A DNA stretch of 64,000 bases, from positions 53,196,001 through 53,260,000 of the forward strand of contig CM060734.1 in the NCBI GenBank assembly GCA_030704615.1, written 5' to 3'. This DNA comes from Takakia lepidozioides (taxonomy: Eukaryota > Plantae > Bryophyta). The notes under the pieces were generated by a model. The model searched no databases. It had not been told where the DNA came from and was given only the letters and a program-made list of their open reading frames with translations. Positions 50,860 to 62,400 of the stretch are shown in pieces. The stretch's first letter is position 1; the number at the start of each line of letters is the position of its first letter. Position numbers and translations under genes: made by a program.

Positions 50860-51860
50860 TTGTGTGGCAGTATCCAGATGAAGGCATTTGTCTTCTGGAC
50901 TTGTTTGGCGGGATCAGCACTGGATTGGCTGCTGTATTACAGACAGGTGTACGAGTTCGGCGTTACCTGTATGTGGAGAGGGATGAGATTGCACGACATG
51001 TTTCACTTCGCCATGTTGCTCAGTTGGTGCAGCAGTACCCTGAGTTGTTGTCGGCGTCTGCAGTTCAGTTCAGTTCAGTTCAGTTCGTGGATATCAGCAA
51101 GTCTTACCAGCAGACATTTCGTTGCTGGGAGCGCAGGATTTGGAGCGGGTTGGTTCTATTGATCTAGTAGTGGCAGGTTGGCCCTGCTAAGGGCATTCAT
51201 CAGCCGGGCATGGCAATGGATTGCGAGACTCGAGGTCGGGTCTGTTTTGGGAGATGGTGCGGGTTTTGCGCCATTTGCAGTTTCATCAAGCTGTATCTCC
51301 AGCATACATCTTGGAGAATATGCCACTGATGGGCGATTCTCGGGCCAGGGTGATGGCCAGTGTGCATAAAGTCCGGTCGTGGCTTGGGTCAGCAGTGTTG
51401 CTGGATGCAGCTGCAGTGGGGTCACGGGCTCATCGTCCACGGCTATGGTGGACTAACTTGATGCCACCCGCACTGCTCAAGCGTGCATTTGGAGGGGATG
51501 CAGCGGCCAACACACCTCACAGTGGATAGCATTTTGGACACAGGGAGGTAGTCTCAGCGTGTGAGACACGATGACCGTTCGCCTTTGGCAGTGGTCAACA
51601 TGGTGGGTCAACCACGAGCAACATTACCTACACTGCTCAGCTTCCCATGATCGCATGCTTTCTGGGATAGTGGACCTGGCCTCCTGTGGGATGCTTAGTT
51701 GCAGCAGTTAGTGGAGCCTAATGCTGACGAGCGTGAGTGGGCAAAGGGTTTTACCATTGTACCACGGCAGTGCCGTCTCTTTCTGAGGCATCACGTCGTC
51801 AGGTGTTGGGGCAAGCAATGGATCTCAATTGCTTGACCTGGATTATCAGCTTGGTTATGG
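50860..51860 (+). pseudogene. C5 DNA cytosine methyltransferase domain, DNMT3-like, inside pol
   Basis: Motifs occur in order: I LLDLFGGISTG, II YVERD, IV IDLVVAGWPC*GHS (PCQ with CAA>TAA), GLRDSRSGLFWE, VI ILENMP, VIII DAAAVGSRAHRPRLWWTNL, IX ERE(W)AKGF and X RRQVLGQAMD. Stops and a frameshift are present. Confidence 0.9.
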
Positions 51861-52279
51861 ATGAGCAACGCAGAGTGCAGAGTGCAGAGTACACTTCCCT
51901 CGATGGTCTTTCCCCCTACCGAGACGGTACAATCAGTGAGTGGGGGCGAGCATGAGAGGACCACGGGGTGCAGACATCCATGGCACACGTGGGAGGTGCT
52001 TGAGGTTCAGAGGGAGTTGGCAGCCAGGGCGGCGGTGTTGGATGAGGTTGGGGATTTGTCTCGGGTTGAGGAAGTCCTCGAGGATGAGATGATGGGGCAG
52101 GATGAGGCCTTGTTACTGACTGAGCAGGTAGGGAGTACTGCTCAAGAGGTTGCAACATAGCAACCACTAGACGCGTCCTCTACCTCTAAGCCCACTGGAC
52201 TTAAGGTTGCAGTTACGGAGGACAATTGGGAGCCTGACATTGGACCCATTGTCACCGGAGGAGAGAGACGACGTATACG

Positions 52280-53670
52280 GCGATTCCTGAGGGCTTACAT
52301 GAATTGTTTTGCCTTCAGTTTGAAGGACTTGGGAGCACTGAAGGGTCAAGAGATCCGTATTGAGTTGGCCACTGACACGCCAATCTTTCGGAGACCTTAT
52401 AGATAAAGTGACATAGAGAGGTCTTTGATTCAGATGAGGACTCAAGATCTCTGGGAGGCGGGTTTGGTGGAGCTCTCTTGTGGAGAGTATGCTTCGGCCA
52501 CAGTGATGCCAGCCAAGAAGGATGTCTATGGCAATTGGACGGAGAGACGTATGTGCGGTGATTACCGGCCTGTAAATCGTCAGACCAAGTCTGATAAGTA
52601 TGCCATGCCAACACCAGAGGAGATCTTTGATGCCATCGGGCATGTTAAGGTCTTTAGCACTTTGGATTTACGATTCGGATATCACCAGTTGCCGATCAAG
52701 GAGGCGGACAAGCAGAAGACGACATTCTGGGGGATCAATGAGCACGGCAAGGATTGCCTATATCAGTGGTGGTTCTTACCATTTGGGCTTAAGAACGCTC
52801 CTGCAGAGTTTCAGAGAGTCATGGATAGGATTCTAGCAGGGGTGGACTTTGCTCGGTGCTATATAGATGACATCATCATCTTTAGTGCTACGGTGGAGGA
52901 GCATGAGAGACACCTTCAGGTGGTATCGGAGCGCTTGAGAGCGCACGGATTGAGGTTGCATCCGGGGAAGTGCAAGTTTTTCCACAACCAGATTGAGTAT
53001 TTGGGTCACATGATATATCCTGGAGGATTGGGGGTACAACAGACTAAGGTAGAGGCCATTGCACAAATTCCACGCCCCACGGATGTGAGCCGAGTTCGAG
53101 CTTTCATGGGGTTGACAAACTATTAGAGACGGTTTGTCAAGGGATTTAGTGCCATTGCAAAGGCTCTAACCAAGCAGACCAAGGTGGACTAGGAGTGACA
53201 GTGGGAAGACGAGCAGGAACAAGCTTTTCAAGAGCTCAAGGCGAGGTTGACTTCGGCGCCTATCCAGAGACGACCTATCAGGGGGCGTCCCTTTCAGCGC
53301 ATATGGATTGGAGCATGCTGGGGCTTGGAGCGGTGCTCACACAGGTGGATGATGAGGGAAGAGAGTTTGTAGTGGCTTATGCTAGCCGCACGAACAATGC
53401 TGCAGAGGCTAAGTATAGCTCATATGAGGGAGAGTGTCTAGCTGCAATGTGGGCCGTAGCACACTTCAGGTGTTATCTATACGGCAATCTCTTCACCCTT
53501 GTCACGGATCACCAGCCACTCAAGTGGTTGATGGAGTCAGACAAGCTTACGGGGAAGCTTGCACGATGGGCACTCATATTCCAGGAGTATGACTTTCAGG
53601 TTGTGCATCGACCGGGTTTGGTCAATCGGGATGCAGATGGATTGAGTCGCAATCTATGCACGAGCTAGCA
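52280..53670 (+). pseudogene. Gypsy-type reverse transcriptase and RNase H
   Basis: RMCGDYRPVN, YAMP, STLDLRFGYHQL, PFGLKNAPAEFQ, YIDD and YLGH; RNase H DWS...LGAVL, YSSYEGECLA, TDHQPL and NRDADGLSR. Confidence 0.93.
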
Positions 53671-53991
53671 GGATGACACTGGAGCTTGGTGGCATGGTGA
53701 GACGGACGAGGAGATGGTGCCGGAATGGCATGCATCTGTCTTTTTGTGTATCTTGGCATCGGGAGTTTGGACCTACAATAGGGATGTCTGTAGACGGAGT
53801 GTCTGAGGACCCTCAGGCTAGTGATGAGCCAGGTGGTGCCAGAGATATACATGAGGATTCGGCTGTGTTGGACTACCTCCGCACGGGAGACACGGCAGCC
53901 ACTGTGACTGCCAAGGAGAGGGATCGGATCCTACAACGAGCCAAGAGGTTCAAGTGGGATACACCTGCTTCGAGTATGGGAGGATGGTCGG

Positions 53992-55284
53992 GTGAGGATT
54001 GTGTCTCACCCAACACAGCGTGCACTGTTAGTGCGGCATGCCCATGAGGAGTTGGGGCATTTTGGAGTGCGACGCACTCACAGTTTACTGCAGGGGCAGT
54101 ATTGGTGGCGTGGTATGCATACAGAGGTGCAACAGTTCGTGGCTAGGTGCATGGTGTGTGACAGGGTGCGTGCTTTATTCAACGCCCCTACACCACAGTT
54201 GCATCATTTACCAATCACGGGATTGGACTACAGGTGGAGTCTTGACTTCGTAGGATCGTTGCCATTGACTATGCGCCACCACATATATGTGTTGGTGATG
54301 GTGGAGCACTTCTTCAAGTGGATTGAGTTGGTTCCGTTGCCTGACAAGGCTAGTGAGGGGGCTGCGTATGCATTCTTGGATCGTGTGCTTAGCCGATTCG
54401 GTGCTCCAGCTGAGGTACTCACGGACCAAGGGAGAGAGTTCTTGGGGGAGTTTCAAGCTTTGTGTGATAAAGCCTTGATAGATCACGACACCACTTCTCG
54501 GGATTATCCTGAGGCCGATGGCTTGGCAGAGAGAGTTGTTCAGACGGTGAAGAGGGGTTTACGCAAGTATAGCTTGCAGAAGGGACACCTAGGAGATTGG
54601 GATCTTCAGGTACCTTGGTTAGCCAAGGGCTACCGGTTTAACAAGCAAGCATTACTTGCCTCCTTCTCACCATATTTTCTTCTCTTTGGCCGAGAGCCAG
54701 ATTTGCCTGCAGCCATTTGTAGGGACACTGCTCAAGTCCTCAACCTTGACGATCCGGATGTGTGGGTATGTGCATGTGATCAACGTGCAGAGTTGTTCAA
54801 GAAAGTCATGCCCATGGCTTTTGAGAATCTTGCCATTGCACAGCATCGTGATACGTTGAGGTATGTCACTATACGTGGTGGAGGATATCGTCCTGGGGTT
54901 CGGAGATTTAGCCCTGGTGATTATGTTTATTTGCAGCAGACTGCTCCTACGACCCTGGATGTGACTGCAGGGCGTGTTATTCTGAGGGTTCGAGAGGTGT
55001 TGCCCTCAGGAGTCCTGATCTTGGAGGGTCGGGATGACATGACTTGGAAGGATCATGTGCGTAATTGTGCGCCATGTCACCTTCCCAATGTTGATGGCAG
55101 AGTTGACCCAAACTTGGCAGTGGTACCTGCAGGTTTGAGGTGCATGCTCTGTGGGTCTGCCAAAGGGGCAGCCACCATGCTTGTGTGTGATCGATGCTCA
55201 AGAGGTTGGCATATGGGATGCTTGACACCACCTCTTGAGAAGGTTCCTGATGGAGATTGGTTGTGTCCACACTGCTTGGGATAG
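53992..55284 (+). CDS. DDE integrase with a C-terminal PHD finger (open 430-codon segment)
   Basis: HHCC (HEELGH...CMVC), WSLDF, LTDQG and LAER; C-terminal CMLC...LVCDRC.RGWHMGC...WLCPHC is a C4HC3 PHD (55141-55275). Confidence 0.92.
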   Translation: MRIVSHPTQRALLVRHAHEELGHFGVRRTHSLLQGQYWWRGMHTEVQQFVARCMVCDRVRALFNAPTPQLHHLPITGLDYRWSLDFVGSLPLTMRHHIYVLVMVEHFFKWIELVPLPDKASEGAAYAFLDRVLSRFGAPAEVLTDQGREFLGEFQALCDKALIDHDTTSRDYPEADGLAERVVQTVKRGLRKYSLQKGHLGDWDLQVPWLAKGYRFNKQALLASFSPYFLLFGREPDLPAAICRDTAQVLNLDDPDVWVCACDQRAELFKKVMPMAFENLAIAQHRDTLRYVTIRGGGYRPGVRRFSPGDYVYLQQTAPTTLDVTAGRVILRVREVLPSGVLILEGRDDMTWKDHVRNCAPCHLPNVDGRVDPNLAVVPAGLRCMLCGSAKGAATMLVCDRCSRGWHMGCLTPPLEKVPDGDWLCPHCLG

Positions 55285-57699
55285 TGGCAGTGGACATGAC
55301 TGGAAGCAGCTAACAAGACATAGGAGGCCAAGCTCATAGGAGTCAATACACGAGATCCCAGGTTCAAGTTCACAGATTGCAAGACGGCGACTAACGATGG
55401 GGAAACTCTTGCACCCGGCCTCTTGATCTATCGAGTTTGAGTGTAGTAGGGACAATGGTGGAGGACTTAGTGAGGCTACGGTCACTATCACATCTTGTGG
55501 CTACCTGGATAGGCGATTGTGGTGGACTAGTGATTGCCATAGAGGGCAGCCTAGCGACTGACTAGTGGCAGCCTAGTGGTTGGACTAGTGGCTGGACTAG
55601 TGGTGGACTAGTGGTATACTAGTGTGTGGTGTGCACATGTGTTGTGTGGTTTTGGACAGTGATGTAGTTGTGTAGCGATATGTATGCGCACGACAGCTGT
55701 CTAGTTATTTCACCACTAGTGTGAAACTAGCTAGGAAATAGCTAGCTTTTATATATTGATATTTGGGATTGGCCCAAGTGTCAATCCAAGGGTCAAGGCA
55801 GATTTAGGCCCTGGAGTGGTTATCTTCACGGCAAGTGCGGGAGGCTCATCTTTCTCGAGTTGAGCCTCACCGCGCCTAGCTATGGCGCCGTAGTGTGGAT
55901 TCCCCATGGCGTGGGGTGCACTTGGCTTGACTTGTATTTGAGTGATGAGGTTATATATACACGAGTTTATGCTTCAGCTTTGTGAGCTCGTGCTTGTATT
56001 CTTCATCTTTATCATTGTGGTGGACTAGTGATTGCCATAGTGGGCAGCCTAGCGACTGACTAGTGGCAGCCTAGTGGTTGGACTAGTGGCTGAACTAGTG
56101 GTGGACTAGTGATATACTAGTGTGTGGTGTGCACATGTGTTGTGTGGTTTTGGATAGCGATGCAGTTGTGTAGCAAAATTTATACGCACGACATGTAGGT
56201 CTCATGGCCCATAAATGAAAGGGGGTTAATCTTTCTCCCTCCTCAGGGGCCTGAATTGTAGGTTGTCGCTCCCAAATTTCTTTAAATAAATAAATAAATA
56301 AAAACCCCTCAATGACCTAAATTGTGGGTTGTCAGGTTTCCGTTTATATATACATATATGCAAATCTGAAGAGGTATTGTTTGGGTTATATGACATTTAA
56401 GAAATGATATATATGTAACATTTGTTTTAGCTGTGATTGGAGCTTTCTTATAGCTCAAGGCTCCCTAACAACACAACAAAGAGAGAAAAGACCTAGCACA
56501 TAAAGGCTATGAAGGCACGTAAAGGCCCTTATATACCCTGATTAGATATACCCTTCATTTTAACATATACCCTTCAGGAAAGTAGGGTATATTGAGTGTC
56601 TTGATGTAGGGTAAATATAAGGATAAGGGTATATCATAAAAATATACCTTGATATAAGGGTATACATCCGGGTACCTAAACTCGCCACACCAGGGTATAT
56701 ATATATCAATATACCATGATATACCTGGCGGGTATATCAAGGTAATTCATATACCCGCCCAACACTGGTTTAGACAAGGACAAGGAGGTGGTAATAGCCG
56801 TGGTTCGTGCTGCAGTTTAGCAACTTGGAGGATGGAGCAGACAACTAGTGTTGTAGTATTTTAGACAAGGTACATTAGCCAACACTAGCCAAGATGTCTG
56901 GCATGCAGTTGTCAAGAAGTATGGTATTTGCAGATTGGTACTTCTGCGCAAGAATCTACCATTCTACCTTTAATCTAAGTTCATGTATGCATTGTATGTT
57001 GTGACAGAGAGGGTTGGGTTGTAATTGCCTCTCATATTACAATGTTTGCGACCTTAACCGGTGGACCCCACGCACAGACGCCCGGCTCGCCCCACCCTGC
57101 CCGCCGCTGCGCGCGGTCGCCCAACCGCGCCCCCAGTCCGCTGCCCTCCAGTCTGCCATTCCAGTGCTATCCAGTCCGCTGCCCCGCGTCCCTTAGCCAG
57201 TCCGCCGAAGGCGCCGGATCTGGACTGTCCATTTCAAAACCCATCCAAGCCCTCCTTTTTTAGGGCTGGGAAAATCTAAACCCTACCACCAAAACCGCCC
57301 TCTCTCTTGTGAGGGCTCTTTGTTGTCCGATGTCGCGGTGGGCACTTCCACGCATGCCGTGTTTTTCTTGTGCACGAGCGACGTTCATGATGATGAAGGG
57401 TGTGCCTGAACATGACAGGACTGGCGGGGCGGGCTCTACAGCCACCATCGTGCATATGCTTCCACTATTTTGCCTTCTTGTTGTGCTTTAGGGAAGGTTA
57501 GGCTTTGTGGTATGGTTGTATCTCATAAAATCGCTATTGTCTTATCTGTCCTCCATCTACTTCTGGTCCCTCATGATACCCCTTCGTACTACAACGGACC
57601 CCATGAGGGCGGAAATCGCAGAAGCATGATATGCACATGGGGGTGTGTATACATTGCAGATTTCATATCGGACGATGGGACTGTTTAGGGGACGAAGTA

Positions 57700-58420
57700 A
57701 AACGGGCTTGCAAGGAGCGTGCAGAAGTTTAGCAGAATGGAAATACCGAAGAAACAATGCTTTGTGAAGGATCCAGATCATATGATAGAGGGGTTGGCAG
57801 CAGACTCCAGCATTACTGCTCATCGTGTTAGCGGACAAGATCCTGTCATATGGTCCTCAAACATCCAAATACACTTGGGGAATGCACAAGTCTCAGCCAC
57901 AACCGTCTCTTTGCGGAGCAAGAGCAAAATCGGTACATTGCCCAATTTGCAAGGAGACGGACCAGGCTGAGACATATGCATTCCGCAAGTGCGCATGGAT
58001 GTTTGAGGCCCTTAAGACTGGATCATGCCCATTGACAATTGAGGGCTGGACAAAACATCACATCAGCAGATTGAACATTATAATCGTCCACTCAAAGACG
58101 GAGTGAGGTCTGTTGAGGATTGGGAAACTGGCACATGCCAGCGACAGTAACATATACGGTCGGTGGCTCTGTACAACCGGTCTGCTCGGTCTGTTGGATT
58201 CCGGTCTTTTGCGCCGGGTCTGTTGGATCTGGTATTGAAATTTTGTGCACGTGCTTATGCAGACTACTATCATTCGAGAGTCTATTCGGAGAGCCATATC
58301 AGCTTGGTGGATACGCAGCATGGACCCTCCTTTACAACTCACAACCATGCAGCTTGAAGTGGAGCGGGTTCGCGTTACATTCTGTTCAAATATCCCGGGT
58401 CTTCACCCACCATACATGAA
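57700..58420 (+). mobile_element. Possible degenerate LINE ORF2 3' remnant
   Basis: SVHCPICKETDQAETYAFRKC resembles the C-terminal zinc knuckle of L1-like ORF2, but it is heavily decayed. Confidence 0.35.
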
Positions 58421-59457
58421 CTTGAGACGGAGCCTACCCCAGCCCCCCAACAGACCCCTGACCTCGACAGTCCTCAGCAGACCACATCATACTACAGCAC
58501 ACCACTTCTGGACTCCCTCCACCAGCATGGCGTGACCTTCGAGTCCCCCTCCACACTTTCACCGGAGTTTGAGCGAGATGTCAACTGGAAACACCTCAAA
58601 ACTTCATCCAAGGCCTCCAAACTCAATTACTCTTAGATCCTTCTACTTTAGGAAAGGTCAATGAGGTTGTAGGCTTGCCTACATTTAAGTGGTCTTCTCT
58701 CTCAGGATCCGTCCCAACATTTAGTTCCTTCAACCAAATAGCATATATATCTTTTAAACATCAATTTTTTTTTTTTTTAATATCGTCAAATATGAATAGG
58801 TTGCATATCATATGTAATAACATTCTAGAACTAACATGGGCCATAAGGCAAAACAATCGGGGGGGGACTTCTTCAAGCGACCACAACGGGTAGCTGAAGA
58901 TAACAAAAGGTTCATTGTGAATATAGTTAGCTAAAAAACCTTGCAAGTAAAAAAGTAAGACTGTAGCAAATCTTGGATACCAACGATGCACCATAATCTA
59001 CTGCATTGAGAATTGCAGAATCGCAGAGGAATATAAACGAAAGTACGAGAAGAAGAATTAAGCCCAAGGAAGACGACGACGGAAAGAATACACTTCTTGT
59101 TTCAATCCACTTATCTTTATCTCACTCAGCCATGATGTAAGCTCATGCACTCTCTCACGTGACTTGCACCATCCCTTCAGCCACTTACTCTACAGAAAGA
59201 GAGCATTTGCTTTGAACATCCGGCTGATAACTAGTCACAACCACCACTTACATCGTTCGGCGCACGATATTACCAACTATAGCTAAATCTTGCATTATCA
59301 GAAGGTCAGAATCCTATAAATTAGTAGAGGCAAAACTTGCAGGGGGGTGCACTCTTCCTAAAATTTACATATTAGTATAAGTTCATTGACATCCAATTAA
59401 CAATACCCATGTATATAGATTCTTTCATGATTTTATCATATGTATACATATATTATA

Positions 59458-62400
59458 TGTAAAGTTATTTTACCATTAGTGTGAAGTTAGCTAGGAAATA
59501 GCTAGCTTTTATATATTGACATTTGGGATTGACCCAAGTATCAATCCAGGGGCCAATACATGTTTGGGCACCTGACGTTGTTATCTTCACGGCAGATCGC
59601 GGTGGGCTCATCTTTCTCGAGTTTAGCCTCACCGCGTCTAGCTATGGCACCGTAGTGTGGATTCCCCATGGCGTGGGGTGCACTTGGCTCGACTTAATAT
59701 ATGAGTGATGTTTTCATGTGCAAGTATGTGAGTTTGAGAGAGCTTGTGTGCTTGTATCATTTCTTTTTTTATCACTCGAGAAAGATCAGCTCAAGTCTGT
59801 GAGTGCCAGGTTCGAGTTAGTTGTAGCACTTATCTTTTCAAATCATGAGAAGCGGTTCAGCCTAGAGTGCTGTAAGGGCTCTTGGAGTGGCAAGAGTGGG
59901 GCTGGAAGGGCAGCACCTAGGCGTCCTAGAGCCAGGGAATGTGCAATAGAACTGCAGGTACACCAAGGTTGTAAAGGTGTGTATTTTTTGATTTGTTTTT
60001 GTGAGCTTCATGAAGAAAATGGAGCTTGTTGGGCAGCATATTGCTTGCTTGTTGAGTTTAGGGTGCTTCCAGTGGGCCATGAGAGCGCAGGAGTGCAGGG
60101 CGGTGGGGCTGATGGCTCTGCAAAAGCCATAGCTCAGCGGCAGCAGGTGTTGGAGCAAACCCCAACTCGGGGAGAGCTCGGGAACGCGTGGGAACATCCC
60201 GAGAGCGATCGAGAAAGCATGGGAACTCGTGTGGAGTTCCTGGGAACGCAGGGAACTGTTGACCATGACCGTTAACCGTGACTGTGGGAAGCCGTGATGC
60301 GGACACCACGGGTGGGCACGGTGACCAGATCGTGGGGATGGCGGGCCGTGAAAGCTCGTGGGCGTGGTACCACGGGGTATCACGGGGCAACCCGTGGCCA
60401 ACAAGCGCCTAGGGCGGGCCGTGAGGAGTCGTGGTGGTTGGAGCCACGGAAGGCCGCGAACAGGCAGATTGAAAAAATAAATAAATAAATAAATATTTTT
60501 TCACTCATTTCATGGGACCTTGATGGGGAGGCTGGGCTCTGAAGAATAACGGTTTTGAGCTAGCTGATCCAGCAGAAGAGTCAGAATTCCCTCCCTGTTG
60601 CGTTTTAACAAAGGGGATTACTTCCCTGCAGGTAATCTTTTCGGGTTTTCAGCCCAAATCTTAACTATGGGGGAGACCAGCCTGCAGGTAATTCTTTTGG
60701 ACAGAATGTTGTTGGGGCCTATATGTACCTCTATTTGCTCCATTTTTGAACCTTCAGTGAATGGTGTGGTTTCCTGAGGTGGTTCCATTGTGAGGAATGG
60801 CTGGTGGACGTAAGGAGGCACTGGCAGACCCTGTGGAGGCTTGCATGGGGCCTTGGAGGCCAAGTTTCATGAGCTCGTGGAGGGCGGTTTGAGGAGTGTC
60901 TACAGGATGCTCTCATGGTCATACAAATGAGAGAAGAGAGGAAAAAGAGGGTGTTGGGATGAGAGCTTGCTGGGGATAGGCATTGCTTTAGCTTCCCTTC
61001 CTCATAGCTTCCCACATTCTCTGTAGGCCGAGACCTTTCCGTAGGTGGAGACAAGAGTCAGTCCAGGTTTGGGTTGGGTTGCAGGAGCGACACTGTGGAG
61101 AGATTTTTGGTGTGAGGGAGTTGTTGTTTTCATTCTTGTGTTTGGATCCCCTCCACACCTACATGCTTGATTGTGCGTCATCTTAGCTTTGTGTGGGCGC
61201 TTGATTTTATAGGTGGTTGACTCGGGCTTGATCGCCGATTCAACCAGAGCATGTTGTCGATGGTGAGGCTGGGTTGATGACCAGTCAGACCATCTTTGTT
61301 TCTCCTGTGGTGAGGTTGGAGGTGATGACCAGCCAACCATAGGAGTTCCTGCGGTGGATACATGTGCAGGTACAGGCTATGTTAGGAACCTAATATTCCA
61401 AACCATAAGCCGCATCAGGTTCTCTACCCGGATACCTTGTGGAAAGGGGTTTAGAGACACGTTCATGACCGGTTGAGTGACAGTTTGTCAACACGGAGGT
61501 GCCACTAGATGCTGGGAAAAGTGCCGATACGAGCACTAGCAATACTAGCAGGTATACGAGACAAGGTATGCGGTTTCGGCCACCTTCACCTCTTGTGTCT
61601 TCTACGGAAGGTTCTGATTCGGATTGTGAATTAGGAGAACGCACACCGGCGGTGCAAGTTGTTTCATTGCCATTATTGTGGGACACAATGGAGGAGATCT
61701 ATGGAGCCACCAAAGGGCCACAAAGGTACTCTGGGGCGGTGGGCACCATTGAGTTGGATGATTTCATTCAAGAGTCTGATAGTTGGTGTGACTTGCAGCA
61801 AATGCGCAATCCACAATTGTTTACGCCTTTCATGGCATGGAAGGGGTTGTTTCAGCACCTTGAGGGGCCGCCCATGGATGATTACCATGAGTTTAGGCGG
61901 GGGCACGATGTTGAGATCGAGGAGTGGAGGATGTATTGGTCACCCGACTATGTCTCCATCACTAGAGGCACAAGGGCAACAGCCACACCGGCAGCTGCAA
62001 CAGCAGCTTCCACGAGCAGTAGTAGGACTAGTGGTACAGCAACTACGACATCCACCCAAGCTACTGCTGCACCTGCACCAGTGGCCGTGCCTGCCTTCAA
62101 CCATGTTGTGGAGTTTTTCGAAGAGTTGAGAAGGAACTACCGAGGGGTGAGGACAGAGAAGTTGAGGAGCTTGCAAGAGTTCCAACGGAAGCCTACTGAG
62201 AGCTTGAGGGAGGCTTTCACTTGCATGAGGCGCTTGATAAATGTAACCCAAGGGTTACGGAGGCTCAGGCAGTCCAGTTCTGGTATGGATTATTGGACAA
62301 GGAGTTGAGGAAAAGGGTGCGGGATGCAACTCTCCTACAAGCAGCCCAACCCACCTTAGCAAATGTGTTTTTGCTGGCAAAGCGGATAGAGCTCAACATG

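Larger units (their letters stand above)
45124..56193 (+). mobile_element. Gypsy-like retroelement with split direct repeats, encoding Gag-PR-C5 DNA methyltransferase-RT-RNaseH-IN-PHD
   Basis: Termini TGTC...GACA; TSD tgta (45120-45123 and 56194-56197), checked against the empty site cctgtaggtctc at ~36152. Repeats: A1 45124-45431, B1 55516-55695, A2 55698-~56013 and B2 56014-56193. Confidence 0.9.
42315..56767. mobile_element. Second non-autonomous hAT copy (same family as 35624-36720), expanded by three nested retro-insertions
   Basis: Starts cagtgttgtgcgggtatattg at 42315 and ends caacactg at 56767, with TSD gtttagac at 42307-42314 and 56768-56775. Segments 42315-42363, 44559-45123 and 56194-56767 align colinearly with 35624-36720. 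Confidence 0.93.

Noticed and set aside
50860-51860. Host DNMT3/DRM gene or bacterial contamination
   Set aside because: It is intronless, embedded collinearly between PR and RT within element termini, and decayed like the rest of pol; the flanks are clearly plant nuclear sequence.
45124-56193. DIRS/Ngaro tyrosine-recombinase element
   Set aside because: Despite the split repeats, it encodes an HHCC-DDE integrase and a protease and has a TSD. No YR motif was seen, and the MTase is C5-type rather than the DIRS adenine-MTase-like domain.
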